Of a stretch of 59,150 nt of DNA, positions 35,327 through 42,755 are shown in pieces. Every line of letters starts with the position of its first letter. Position 1 is the first letter of the stretch. The position numbers and the translations under genes are program-made. This stretch comes from an uncultured Candidatus Saccharibacteria bacterium (GTDB taxonomy: Bacteria; Patescibacteriota; Minisyncoccia; Phycocordibacterales; UBA9973). The DNA lies in NCBI GenBank assembly GCA_964563715.1, contig CAZLXA010000003.1, forward strand, positions 1-59,150. The letters are read 5' to 3'. The notes under the pieces were generated by a model. It did not search any database and was not told the DNA's origin. It saw nothing but the letters and a program-made list of their open reading frames with translations.

Positions 35327-36172
35327 TTATCCAAAAATGAAATAAAATGGAGTAATTATTAATCCAACTAAAAAGGAAAGAGCAAATATAGATAATATAG
35401 TTCGTGCATCTTCATATTCAGCTGGCATCAGATATTTATTCAACCATGTCCAATCATTATAATAAATGAAATTATTTTTCATGAATAATATGATTAATCT
35501 ATAAAATCTTTGGGTTATTAAGAATAATCCAATTGCAATTAGCCCCAAAATAATGACGATCAACTTTTCTGTGAAGTTATATTGTGTCAACCCTAAAGTT
35601 AGTCCAACTAAGGTTAATACAATAACTCTTATTTTAAGAAGATAAGCAATGGACCTAGATACTCTGAATTTTAAAGGATAACAATGATCCTCCCATGTCT
35701 CTTTTTCCGACATCTCCCAAAAAAATTTTATTGACCCAAAAATATAGGCAATAATTGGAATAAATATTATTGGTAATTCTTTAAACACGATAACCATAAT
35801 AAAAAATCCCAACATGAACCATAAAATAGAGTCTAAAATTGATCCCATCAATAATCTTATATTTGAAACTCGTGGATAGTAGTACCAGTGATTTTCATAA
35901 CTTATCCGAATTAGTTTTTTTTCATTTATCTTAATGATAAAAAAATTTGTGAAAAAAAATAAGATAGCAGTTCCAAAAATCAGAGTAAAAATTACGGACC
36001 ATAAAATATTATTTCCGATGGGGATATTTACAACAATTGGTGAATTTCCAATTAATTCTGTTTCTTCCAACAGAACTAGGAAAATCAAACTTTTTGCTTG
36101 AGTTATTAAATAAATAACTCCGATAGCAACCACTAAAAATAGTGTCCCGTACCAAATTTTTATGTTTTTCAT
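35327..36172 (-). CDS. polytopic membrane protein, function unknown
   Basis: 281 aa, with multiple hydrophobic helices throughout. Confidence 0.6.
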   Translation of the reverse strand: MKNIKIWYGTLFLVVAIGVIYLITQAKSLIFLVLLEETELIGNSPIVVNIPIGNNILWSVIFTLIFGTAILFFFTNFFIIKINEKKLIRISYENHWYYYPRVSNIRLLMGSILDSILWFMLGFFIMVIVFKELPIIFIPIIAYIFGSIKFFWEMSEKETWEDHCYPLKFRVSRSIAYLLKIRVIVLTLVGLTLGLTQYNFTEKLIVIILGLIAIGLFLITQRFYRLIILFMKNNFIYYNDWTWLNKYLMPAEYEDARTILSIFALSFLVGLIITPFYFIFG

Positions 36173-36214
36173 TTTTTCTGCCCATTTTATTGAGCGTGTT
36201 TGATTGTTAGTATA

Positions 36215-36267
36215 TTTTTGTTAGCTATTCTAAAAGCTCTTAATACCCTTAGAATAGCCAGCAAAAA
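36215..36267 (-). promoter_or_regulatory. 19-bp hairpin in the probable 5' leader of the membrane-protein gene
   Basis: TTTTTGTTAGCTATTCTAA-(15 nt)-TTAGAATAGCCAGCAAAAA, 17 of 19 complementary. A TTGACA-16-TAATAT promoter lies upstream on the minus strand at about 36340-36313. Confidence 0.4.
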
Positions 36268-36347
36268 CTAACCCAAAAATCTTATTTCAAGGTACTTAGT
36301 AAAATCTGTTTTTATATTACAACTACAATAATATTTGTCAATGACTA

Positions 36348-37853
36348 TTATTTCCTTAAAAACAAAGGAGTTTCTGGTTTTTTATTTTGTTTTATTAATT
36401 CTTGAATTTTTAGAGATGTCGCGGGGAGCATTGGCTCTATGGCAAGAGAAGCTTTATATAAATGGAACAATAAGTAATGCACATCTTTCTCGGCTTCTTC
36501 TTTGTTTATTTTAATTTTTTTAAATGGCTCATTTGTTTGAATATATTTATCGAGAGCTCCTAAGCATTCCCAAATCCAATTTATAAATTTATTGATATCA
36601 TAATTTTCTAAATCATCTTTTGGCTCACTAAAATATTTTATATTCATTTCTTCTTCCGATAATTTGACGTCATAATTTACAGCCATGGTCATAATACGAC
36701 TAACTAAATTTCCTAAACCATTTGCGAGTCCTGAATTGTAAGCATCTTTGAATCGCTCAATAGTAAATGGACTATCTTCAAAACTTCCTACTTCACGAAG
36801 AAGAAAATACCTGAGTGCGTCTGTACCATATTCAGAAACTACATCACGAGGGTCAACAACATTGCCGAGTGTTTTCGACATTCTTATTCCACCCTCACCT
36901 GTTATAAAACCATTCACAATTATTTGATGAGAATTGGGTACTCCTGCTGCCATAAGCATGGCTTGCCACATAGCACTTTGGAAGCGAGTATTGTCTTTAC
37001 CGCAATACTGAGTGGGGGTACCATTAACCCAATATTTTTCAAATAAATTTTCAGTATTTGGCCTAAAACCTTCATCAGTAGATGAAGGTTCGGCCGAACT
37101 TGTGCCATTTGCACAAGTTTTAGGCCATCCAAGAGTTGAAATATAATTTACAAGTGCATCAAACCATACATACATAACTTGATTCTCATCACCAGGGACG
37201 GTTATACCCCAAGGCATTTTTTCTTTCAATCGAGAAATTGAAAAATCCTGTAAGCCATTTTTAACAAAATTTTTAATTTCATTTAAGCGAAATTCAGGAA
37301 TAACAAAATTTGGATGCTCGTCGTAGAATCTTAATAATCGATCCCCAAATTCTGAATATTTGAAAAAATAATTCTCTTCATTTATTATTTTAAGCGATAT
37401 TCCGGGATGCTCAGGACAAAAACCATCTACAAGCTCACTATCTGTTTTTTCACTCTCACATCCTACGCAATATTTAGCTTCATAAGTTTTTTTATAAATA
37501 TAACCGTTATCGTTTACCCTCTTCCAAAACTCTTGTGCTGCTTTCTCATGATTCTCATCAGTCGTTCGAATAAAATGTATTATACTTTCATCAACGCCAA
37601 ACATTTTTAATTGTTCTTTAAAAGTTTCAAAACCAAGATCCACAAATTTTTGGGGAGAAAGACCTTGTTCTTTGGCTTTTTCAAATATTTTCATACCATG
37701 CTCATCAGTCCCTGTATTAAAATAAACATCGTACCCAATAAGCTTTTTATATCGAGCAATAGTATCTGCCCGGACAAATTCAAGAGCATGCCCCATGTGA
37801 AGCGGTGCATTTACATAAGGAAGTGTAGTTGTAAGGAAAAAAGGTTTTTTCAT
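36348..37853 (-). CDS. metG: methionyl-tRNA synthetase
   Basis: HIGH-type PLHMGHA and KMSKS-type RMSKTLGN. I prefer the ATG at 37853 (MKKPFFLTT), which abuts the upstream stop codon, over the ORF-track start at 37895. Confidence 0.95.
   Translation of the reverse strand: MKKPFFLTTTLPYVNAPLHMGHALEFVRADTIARYKKLIGYDVYFNTGTDEHGMKIFEKAKEQGLSPQKFVDLGFETFKEQLKMFGVDESIIHFIRTTDENHEKAAQEFWKRVNDNGYIYKKTYEAKYCVGCESEKTDSELVDGFCPEHPGISLKIINEENYFFKYSEFGDRLLRFYDEHPNFVIPEFRLNEIKNFVKNGLQDFSISRLKEKMPWGITVPGDENQVMYVWFDALVNYISTLGWPKTCANGTSSAEPSSTDEGFRPNTENLFEKYWVNGTPTQYCGKDNTRFQSAMWQAMLMAAGVPNSHQIIVNGFITGEGGIRMSKTLGNVVDPRDVVSEYGTDALRYFLLREVGSFEDSPFTIERFKDAYNSGLANGLGNLVSRIMTMAVNYDVKLSEEEMNIKYFSEPKDDLENYDINKFINWIWECLGALDKYIQTNEPFKKIKINKEEAEKDVHYLLFHLYKASLAIEPMLPATSLKIQELIKQNKKPETPLFLRK
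37097..37119. repeat. 9-bp palindrome within an extra loop of metG
   Basis: AACTTGTGC-CATTT-GCACAAGTT flanked by GGCC...GGCC. It encodes part of WPKTCANGTSSAEPSSTDEG. Confidence 0.4.
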
Positions 37854-37854
37854 A

Positions 37855-38922
37855 TTAATCAGTTTTAGAAAGAATCTTTTTCTTTTCCAAATCATCTAAA
37901 AATTCTAATAAACAAACTGCTACTGGAATAGCAAGTATGACTCCCATAAAACCAGCAAGTTCTGCTCCAATAATAATCGACAATATAACAACAAGTGGAG
38001 ATATTCCTATAACTTTTTTAATAATTAATGGGTATATTAAATAATTTTCAAATTGATGAAGAATAAAATATAACCCAAAAGATAATAGTGCCATCGTCAC
38101 TCCACCATCAAGATATCCAAATAAGGTTACAGGCACCATGGCCAAGAAAATACCAAATGGTACAAGCTCACAAAAGGCCGTCAAAATAGCAAGAACAAGT
38201 GAATACTTCACCCCTAAAATCGTAAGCCCCAAATAAGCAAGAATTCCAATAATAAGACCGAGTAACATTTGCCCTTGAACCCAGCGACCAATCTTGTGCT
38301 CTGTGCGTTGCCAAAGATCAATAATATATTCTTCACTTTTTCTTGGAGTAATAATTCTCAAGAAATTTTCTATACCCTTCTCAGTAATAGAAAGATAAAA
38401 TGAAATAATGATGATAAAGAAAAAATTCAAAATTCCACCAAAGGCCCCACTAAAGACATCCATAAATCCACCAGAAAATCCATTGATTAACACTTGGGTA
38501 CTTTTTATAACTTCCCCAATTGAAGCATTGCGAGAAATATCGGAAACTACATCTTTAGCCCCAGTAATAGCATCAGGTTGAAATGAATTTAAAATACTAC
38601 TATTTGGAATATATTGGGAAAGTGATGAAACTAAAGCCGACATTTCTTCAATAAAAATCGGCATGAAAACAGAGAGAAGTCCAATGATAATACTAATTGT
38701 TGTAACATAAATTAAAAATACAGCTAATGATCTATTTTTAATATATGGTTTAATCCTTTTGTAAGCTGATTCAACAAAAGAAGCGATAACAATAGCAATA
38801 AGGATAACGAGCACAACATTATACAATTTTATAATAGCTATAACTAAAACCCCCAAAAGGAGGATTTTTATTAAAGTATTTGTCGAAATACTTATGTGCA
38901 TATTATTTTGTTTGTTTTCCAT
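37855..38922 (-). CDS. AI-2E family (PerM-like) transporter
   Basis: Polytopic membrane protein with the typical AI-2E layout. I prefer the ATG at 38922 (MENKQNN), because the ORF-track start at 38958 is a TTG lying inside a repeat. Confidence 0.75.
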   Translation of the reverse strand: MENKQNNMHISISTNTLIKILLLGVLVIAIIKLYNVVLVILIAIVIASFVESAYKRIKPYIKNRSLAVFLIYVTTISIIIGLLSVFMPIFIEEMSALVSSLSQYIPNSSILNSFQPDAITGAKDVVSDISRNASIGEVIKSTQVLINGFSGGFMDVFSGAFGGILNFFFIIIISFYLSITEKGIENFLRIITPRKSEEYIIDLWQRTEHKIGRWVQGQMLLGLIIGILAYLGLTILGVKYSLVLAILTAFCELVPFGIFLAMVPVTLFGYLDGGVTMALLSFGLYFILHQFENYLIYPLIIKKVIGISPLVVILSIIIGAELAGFMGVILAIPVAVCLLEFLDDLEKKKILSKTD

Positions 38923-38937
38923 TTCTTTATAATAACA

Positions 38938-39038
38938 CCCTGTAGTGAATTTTGCCAATGCATATATAATGCGTAAATTTTCTTAAAATTTACTTTGGCA
39001 AAATCTACTACCGGGAACACCCGGTAGTGAATTTTGCC
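38938..39038. repeat. long GC-cored hairpin (38993-39038) plus an orphan half-copy of one arm (38938-38959)
   Basis: TTGGCAAAATCTACTACCGGG-AACA-CCCGGTAGTGAATTTTGCCAA. The arm GTAGTGAATTTTGCCAA recurs at 38942-38958. Confidence 0.7.
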
Positions 39039-39043
39039 AATAA

Positions 39044-40315
39044 TTAGAATTTTAATATTTTTTTGAATTCTATTTCACTCTTATATGGACCGATAATTGC
39101 GAGATTTAATTTTTCTGTCTGAAAAATAACTTTTGCCATTTTCTGTATATCACTTGAAGTAACACTATTAATTTCTTTTATTTTTTCATCTAAAGTTTTT
39201 ATCTCATTTTTCATCAATTCTTGACCACCATAGAAATTTGCCACATCGTCGGTTGATTCAAGAGACATTTTCATATTTCCAATTAAAAAAGACTTTACTT
39301 TATTTAATTCTCGATCCTCTACTTTATGAATTTTTAAATCATTGCATTCCTTCAAAATCTCCTTCACCACCTCAGCTGTTCTTGTATTATTTACCCCGGC
39401 TGATATTTGAAAACTTCCATAATCAAGTGATGGATCATTGTATGCTCTAACATAATAAGCCACACCCATTTCCTCACGAAGTTTATTAAACAACCGTGAA
39501 CTCATCCCCGCCCCAAGCACAGCCCCCAGTAATGAAATAGTCGTATTTCTTTTATCCATTAAAGGGAAAGTTCTAACTCCTAATACAAAGTGAGTTTGGT
39601 CTGTTTCTTTATACAAAATTTTGACTTTTGGTTTATTTTCGGTGTTTTTAGTTTTTTCTTTCTTTAGACTTTTATTTGAAGGTATATTTTTAAAATATTT
39701 ATCGACTTCTTTATAGACATCATTATTTTTTATATTCCCCGCGACTATAATTACAGTATTTGAAGAAACATAGTGACCAGCTTTATAATTCACAAAATTA
39801 TCTCGAATCATTTTACTGATATTTTCTTTTGGTCCTAAAGTACTACGTCCTGCTGGTTGGTCGCCATAAAGAACTTCACTCCATAAATCTTGAACATGGG
39901 CTTGTGGCATATCTTCATACATATTTATTTCTTCTATAATGACACCTTTTTCTTTTTCCATTTCAGCTTCTGGAAAAGTCGAATTTAAATAAACATCAGA
40001 AACAATATCAAAAATCTGGGCAAAATTTTTAGCATCCCCTTTAGCATAATAACCCGTCATTTGATTCCCGGTAAAAGCATTATATTGACAACCAAGTGCA
40101 TCAAGTTCGTGAGAAATCAATTGAGCATTTGGCCTTTTTTTTGTGCCCTTGAAACACATATGCTCCAAAAAGTGTGATATACCGTTTATTTCTTTCGGCT
40201 CATAATCACTACCAGTACCAACTAAGACAAGGACGGTAACAGTTGGATTGTCTTTCATTGGTATCGTCACGACGCGTAAACCATTTTTATATGTCTTTTT
40301 TTTAGCTTTTATCAT
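39044..40315 (-). CDS. M16-family (pitrilysin-like) zinc peptidase
   Basis: 423 aa, with the inverted zinc motif HFLEHMCFKGT. Confidence 0.9.
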   Translation of the reverse strand: MIKAKKKTYKNGLRVVTIPMKDNPTVTVLVLVGTGSDYEPKEINGISHFLEHMCFKGTKKRPNAQLISHELDALGCQYNAFTGNQMTGYYAKGDAKNFAQIFDIVSDVYLNSTFPEAEMEKEKGVIIEEINMYEDMPQAHVQDLWSEVLYGDQPAGRSTLGPKENISKMIRDNFVNYKAGHYVSSNTVIIVAGNIKNNDVYKEVDKYFKNIPSNKSLKKEKTKNTENKPKVKILYKETDQTHFVLGVRTFPLMDKRNTTISLLGAVLGAGMSSRLFNKLREEMGVAYYVRAYNDPSLDYGSFQISAGVNNTRTAEVVKEILKECNDLKIHKVEDRELNKVKSFLIGNMKMSLESTDDVANFYGGQELMKNEIKTLDEKIKEINSVTSSDIQKMAKVIFQTEKLNLAIIGPYKSEIEFKKILKF

Positions 40316-40409
40316 ATGGTGATATTACCATATTAAATGGTATAAAAAAACTTTGACATTGTATCAGATATGAGATAATCTTGTATTTAAATAACCTAAA
40401 ATAATAATC

Positions 40410-40775
40410 ATGGCTGAAATTCAAGACGAAAAACAGGACGAAATAGTATTGTCCATATCAGAATTACTTGATATGTTAGCATTTGATCCAACGAATCAAG
40501 GAACCAGGGAATCTATCGAGAAAATTATCTCGAAAAATTACGAGCTAAAACCTTTAGTTAGGTTTAATAAATCATTGAAAAATTTGGAAAAGGAATTATC
40601 TTCTCAGGAGTCGATAGATACAGTTGAGTCTGCTAGGACTTGTGCTCTGCAAATTATCGAGAATTTTGGTGATTTTAACCCTATTCTTACAATTCGTGAT
40701 GTTGAGATTATCGTCAACCATCAAATTGGAACAGCAAAAAAATTAATGACAATTAATGCTTTTAAAAAAAGTTAG
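40410..40775 (+). CDS. hypothetical protein, 121 aa
   Basis: ORF with a plausible TTGACA-17-TAATCT promoter upstream and a terminator downstream. No recognised motif. Confidence 0.5.
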   Translation: MAEIQDEKQDEIVLSISELLDMLAFDPTNQGTRESIEKIISKNYELKPLVRFNKSLKNLEKELSSQESIDTVESARTCALQIIENFGDFNPILTIRDVEIIVNHQIGTAKKLMTINAFKKS

Positions 40776-40777
40776 TA

Positions 40778-40806
40778 AAACAGCAGGCTTGTCCTGCTTT
40801 TTTTAT
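40778..40806. terminator. intrinsic terminator between convergent genes
   Basis: AGCAGG-CTTGT-CCTGCT-TTTTTTT. Confidence 0.75.
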
Positions 40807-41060
40807 TTATATATATCATGTGTCCCGATAGCATGAAAATGTACCAAATCCCCATCTATAAATGTAAAACCGATACGATAATTATAAGAAATAGAGAATG
40901 CCCAATATTCTTTCATTGTGCCGTGAAGTTTGTGAGTTTTTAATTTTGGGTCAAATGGATTTTTACGAAATAATTTCTCACACAATAAAGCATTTTCTTT
41001 TACATCTTTCGGTAATTTCTTAAACTGCTTTTGAAACTTAGGAGAATATTCTATTTCCAT
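40803..41060 (-). CDS. RelE/YafQ-family type II toxin (mRNA interferase)
   Basis: 85 aa. Motifs FKKLPKDVKE, LKTHKLHGTMKEYWAFSISYNYRIGF and HAIGTHD. Sits 3 nt downstream of a ribbon-helix-helix gene. Confidence 0.8.
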   Translation of the reverse strand: MEIEYSPKFQKQFKKLPKDVKENALLCEKLFRKNPFDPKLKTHKLHGTMKEYWAFSISYNYRIGFTFIDGDLVHFHAIGTHDIYK

Positions 41061-41063
41061 ATA

Positions 41064-41279
41064 TTACATTAAATCTTTTAGAGAGTGTAGCTTCTTTCCT
41101 TTTCCAAGGGAAAACTCTCTTTCACTTTCCATAATATTCTTTATTAAAATATCTTCTTCAAGTGAGCGCATAGCATCACGAAAAAGTTCACTCGTTGAAG
41201 CATAATTACTCTCTTTCATAATATTATCCATCCTCTTCTTCAAAGAAGGTGGAATTGATATTGACATAATATTTCTCAT
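41064..41279 (-). CDS. ribbon-helix-helix antitoxin
   Basis: 71 aa. SISIPPSLKKRMDNIMKESNYASTSELFRDAMRSL fits an RHH fold. Confidence 0.75.
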   Translation of the reverse strand: MRNIMSISIPPSLKKRMDNIMKESNYASTSELFRDAMRSLEEDILIKNIMESEREFSLGKGKKLHSLKDLM

Positions 41280-41286
41280 ATTTAAA

Positions 41287-41307
41287 GTGTATTACATTGT
41301 AATACAC
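41287..41307. promoter_or_regulatory. palindromic operator candidate of the TA operon
   Basis: GTGTATTAC-ATT-GTAATACAC, 8 nt upstream of the antitoxin start codon. Confidence 0.5.
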
Positions 41308-41322
41308 AAGTCAATCCCCTTT

Positions 41323-42702
41323 TTAATTCATTCTTTCTTTTATATAATCGGCTATTTCTTCTTTTTTGATACGGACTTGTTCACCAGTGTCGCGGTCACG
41401 AATAGTAACAGAGTCGTCAGTTAGAGTATCAAAATCGATAACTATACACCAAGGTGTACCAATTTCATCTTGCCTACGGTAACGTTTACCAATATTACCA
41501 TTGTCATCCCATGCTACCCAGCCAAATTCTTTTTTTAATTCTCCAAAAACATTCCTTGCATAAGAAACAAGCTCAGGTTTATTTTTCAAAAGTGGTGAGA
41601 CACACACTTTATATGGAGCGATAGCTGGCGGAATTTTTAAATAAACACGGACATTATCTCCTTCCCCACTTTCTCGATACACGGAGCACAAAAGTGCTAG
41701 TATGGCTCTATCAACACTTATAGTAGGTTCAATAACATGTGGAATAAATTTTTCAGCAGTTTGCTCATTTAGCATTTCCATCGATTCACCAGAAAATTCC
41801 TGGTGTCTCTTTAAATCATAATCACCCCGATGTGAAAGCCCCGTTAATTCTTTTGTGCCAAAAGGATATTCAAATTCTAAGTCAACTGTCTTTCGACTAT
41901 AATGCGCTCGAGCCGTATCTGGATGCTCTAGTGGATGAAGTTTGGAAACATCAACACCTATTTTAGAAAGCCAATCTTTTTGTTCTAATAAAAAATTATC
42001 AAAAAAAGCTTCCCATGGATCGTTGGGGTGAATAAAATATTCAAATTCCATTATTTCGAATTCTCTTAATCGATAAATAAAATCTCGAGGTGTAATCTCA
42101 TTTCGAAAAGCTTTACCAATCTGAGCAATCCCAAAAGGAATTTTAGGAGACAACGATTGTAAAACATTTTTAAAACAAACAAACATACTTTGAGCTTCTT
42201 CGGGTCGGAGATAAGTTTTTATTGAAGATTCTTCAACTGCCCCCATTTTCGTCTCGAGCATTAAATTAAAAGTGCGAACCTCAGAAAGTGGATTGCCATC
42301 AGGACTTTTAAGCTTTAACTCTTTAATTTTAATGTCCATTTCATCAATCGTTAATTTCTCAGAATTTACTCCGGCCTCTTCCAGTAAATGGTCTGCTCGA
42401 TAACGCTTTTTTGTCACAAGATCATCAACAAGTGGGTCAATAAATTCGCTAGTATGACCCGAGGCATCCCAAACCCTTGGGTGCATTAAAATAGGTGTAT
42501 CGATTAAATAAATATTCTCTCGACTTCGGACAAAATAATTAATCCAAGATTCCTCGATATTTTTTTTCAACAATGACCCTAATGGCCCGTAATCATATGT
42601 TCCAGCTAAACCACCATAAATTTCTGAACCCGGATATATAAAACCTCTTCTTTTACAAAGTGAAATAATTTTATCCATCAATTTTTCGTCTTTTTCAGGC
42701 AT
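41323..42702 (-). CDS. glyQS: glycyl-tRNA synthetase (dimeric class II GlyQS type)
   Basis: 459 aa, with N-terminus MDKIISLCKRRGFIYPGSEIYGGLAGTYDYGPLGSLLKKNI. Confidence 0.95.
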   Translation of the reverse strand: MPEKDEKLMDKIISLCKRRGFIYPGSEIYGGLAGTYDYGPLGSLLKKNIEESWINYFVRSRENIYLIDTPILMHPRVWDASGHTSEFIDPLVDDLVTKKRYRADHLLEEAGVNSEKLTIDEMDIKIKELKLKSPDGNPLSEVRTFNLMLETKMGAVEESSIKTYLRPEEAQSMFVCFKNVLQSLSPKIPFGIAQIGKAFRNEITPRDFIYRLREFEIMEFEYFIHPNDPWEAFFDNFLLEQKDWLSKIGVDVSKLHPLEHPDTARAHYSRKTVDLEFEYPFGTKELTGLSHRGDYDLKRHQEFSGESMEMLNEQTAEKFIPHVIEPTISVDRAILALLCSVYRESGEGDNVRVYLKIPPAIAPYKVCVSPLLKNKPELVSYARNVFGELKKEFGWVAWDDNGNIGKRYRRQDEIGTPWCIVIDFDTLTDDSVTIRDRDTGEQVRIKKEEIADYIKERMN

Positions 42703-42727
42703 TTTATTTTAATTTTTATTTATAATT

Positions 42728-42755
42728 GGTAATTCGTAATTCGTAATTCGTAATT
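42728..42755. repeat. four tandem heptamers [G/C]GTAATT in the spacer upstream of glyQS
   Basis: ggtaatt cgtaatt cgtaatt cgtaatt. Confidence 0.8.

Noticed and set aside
42728-42755. The idea that 7-nt repeats containing TAA/TAG act as three-frame stop cassettes between genes (7 mod 3 = 1, so three copies put a stop in every frame).
   Set aside because: For the CGTAATT arrays the stops are on the strand opposite to the flanking genes. Only the rpsF-proximal block at 25831-25858 has stops in the sense orientation. The pattern is therefore not consistent.
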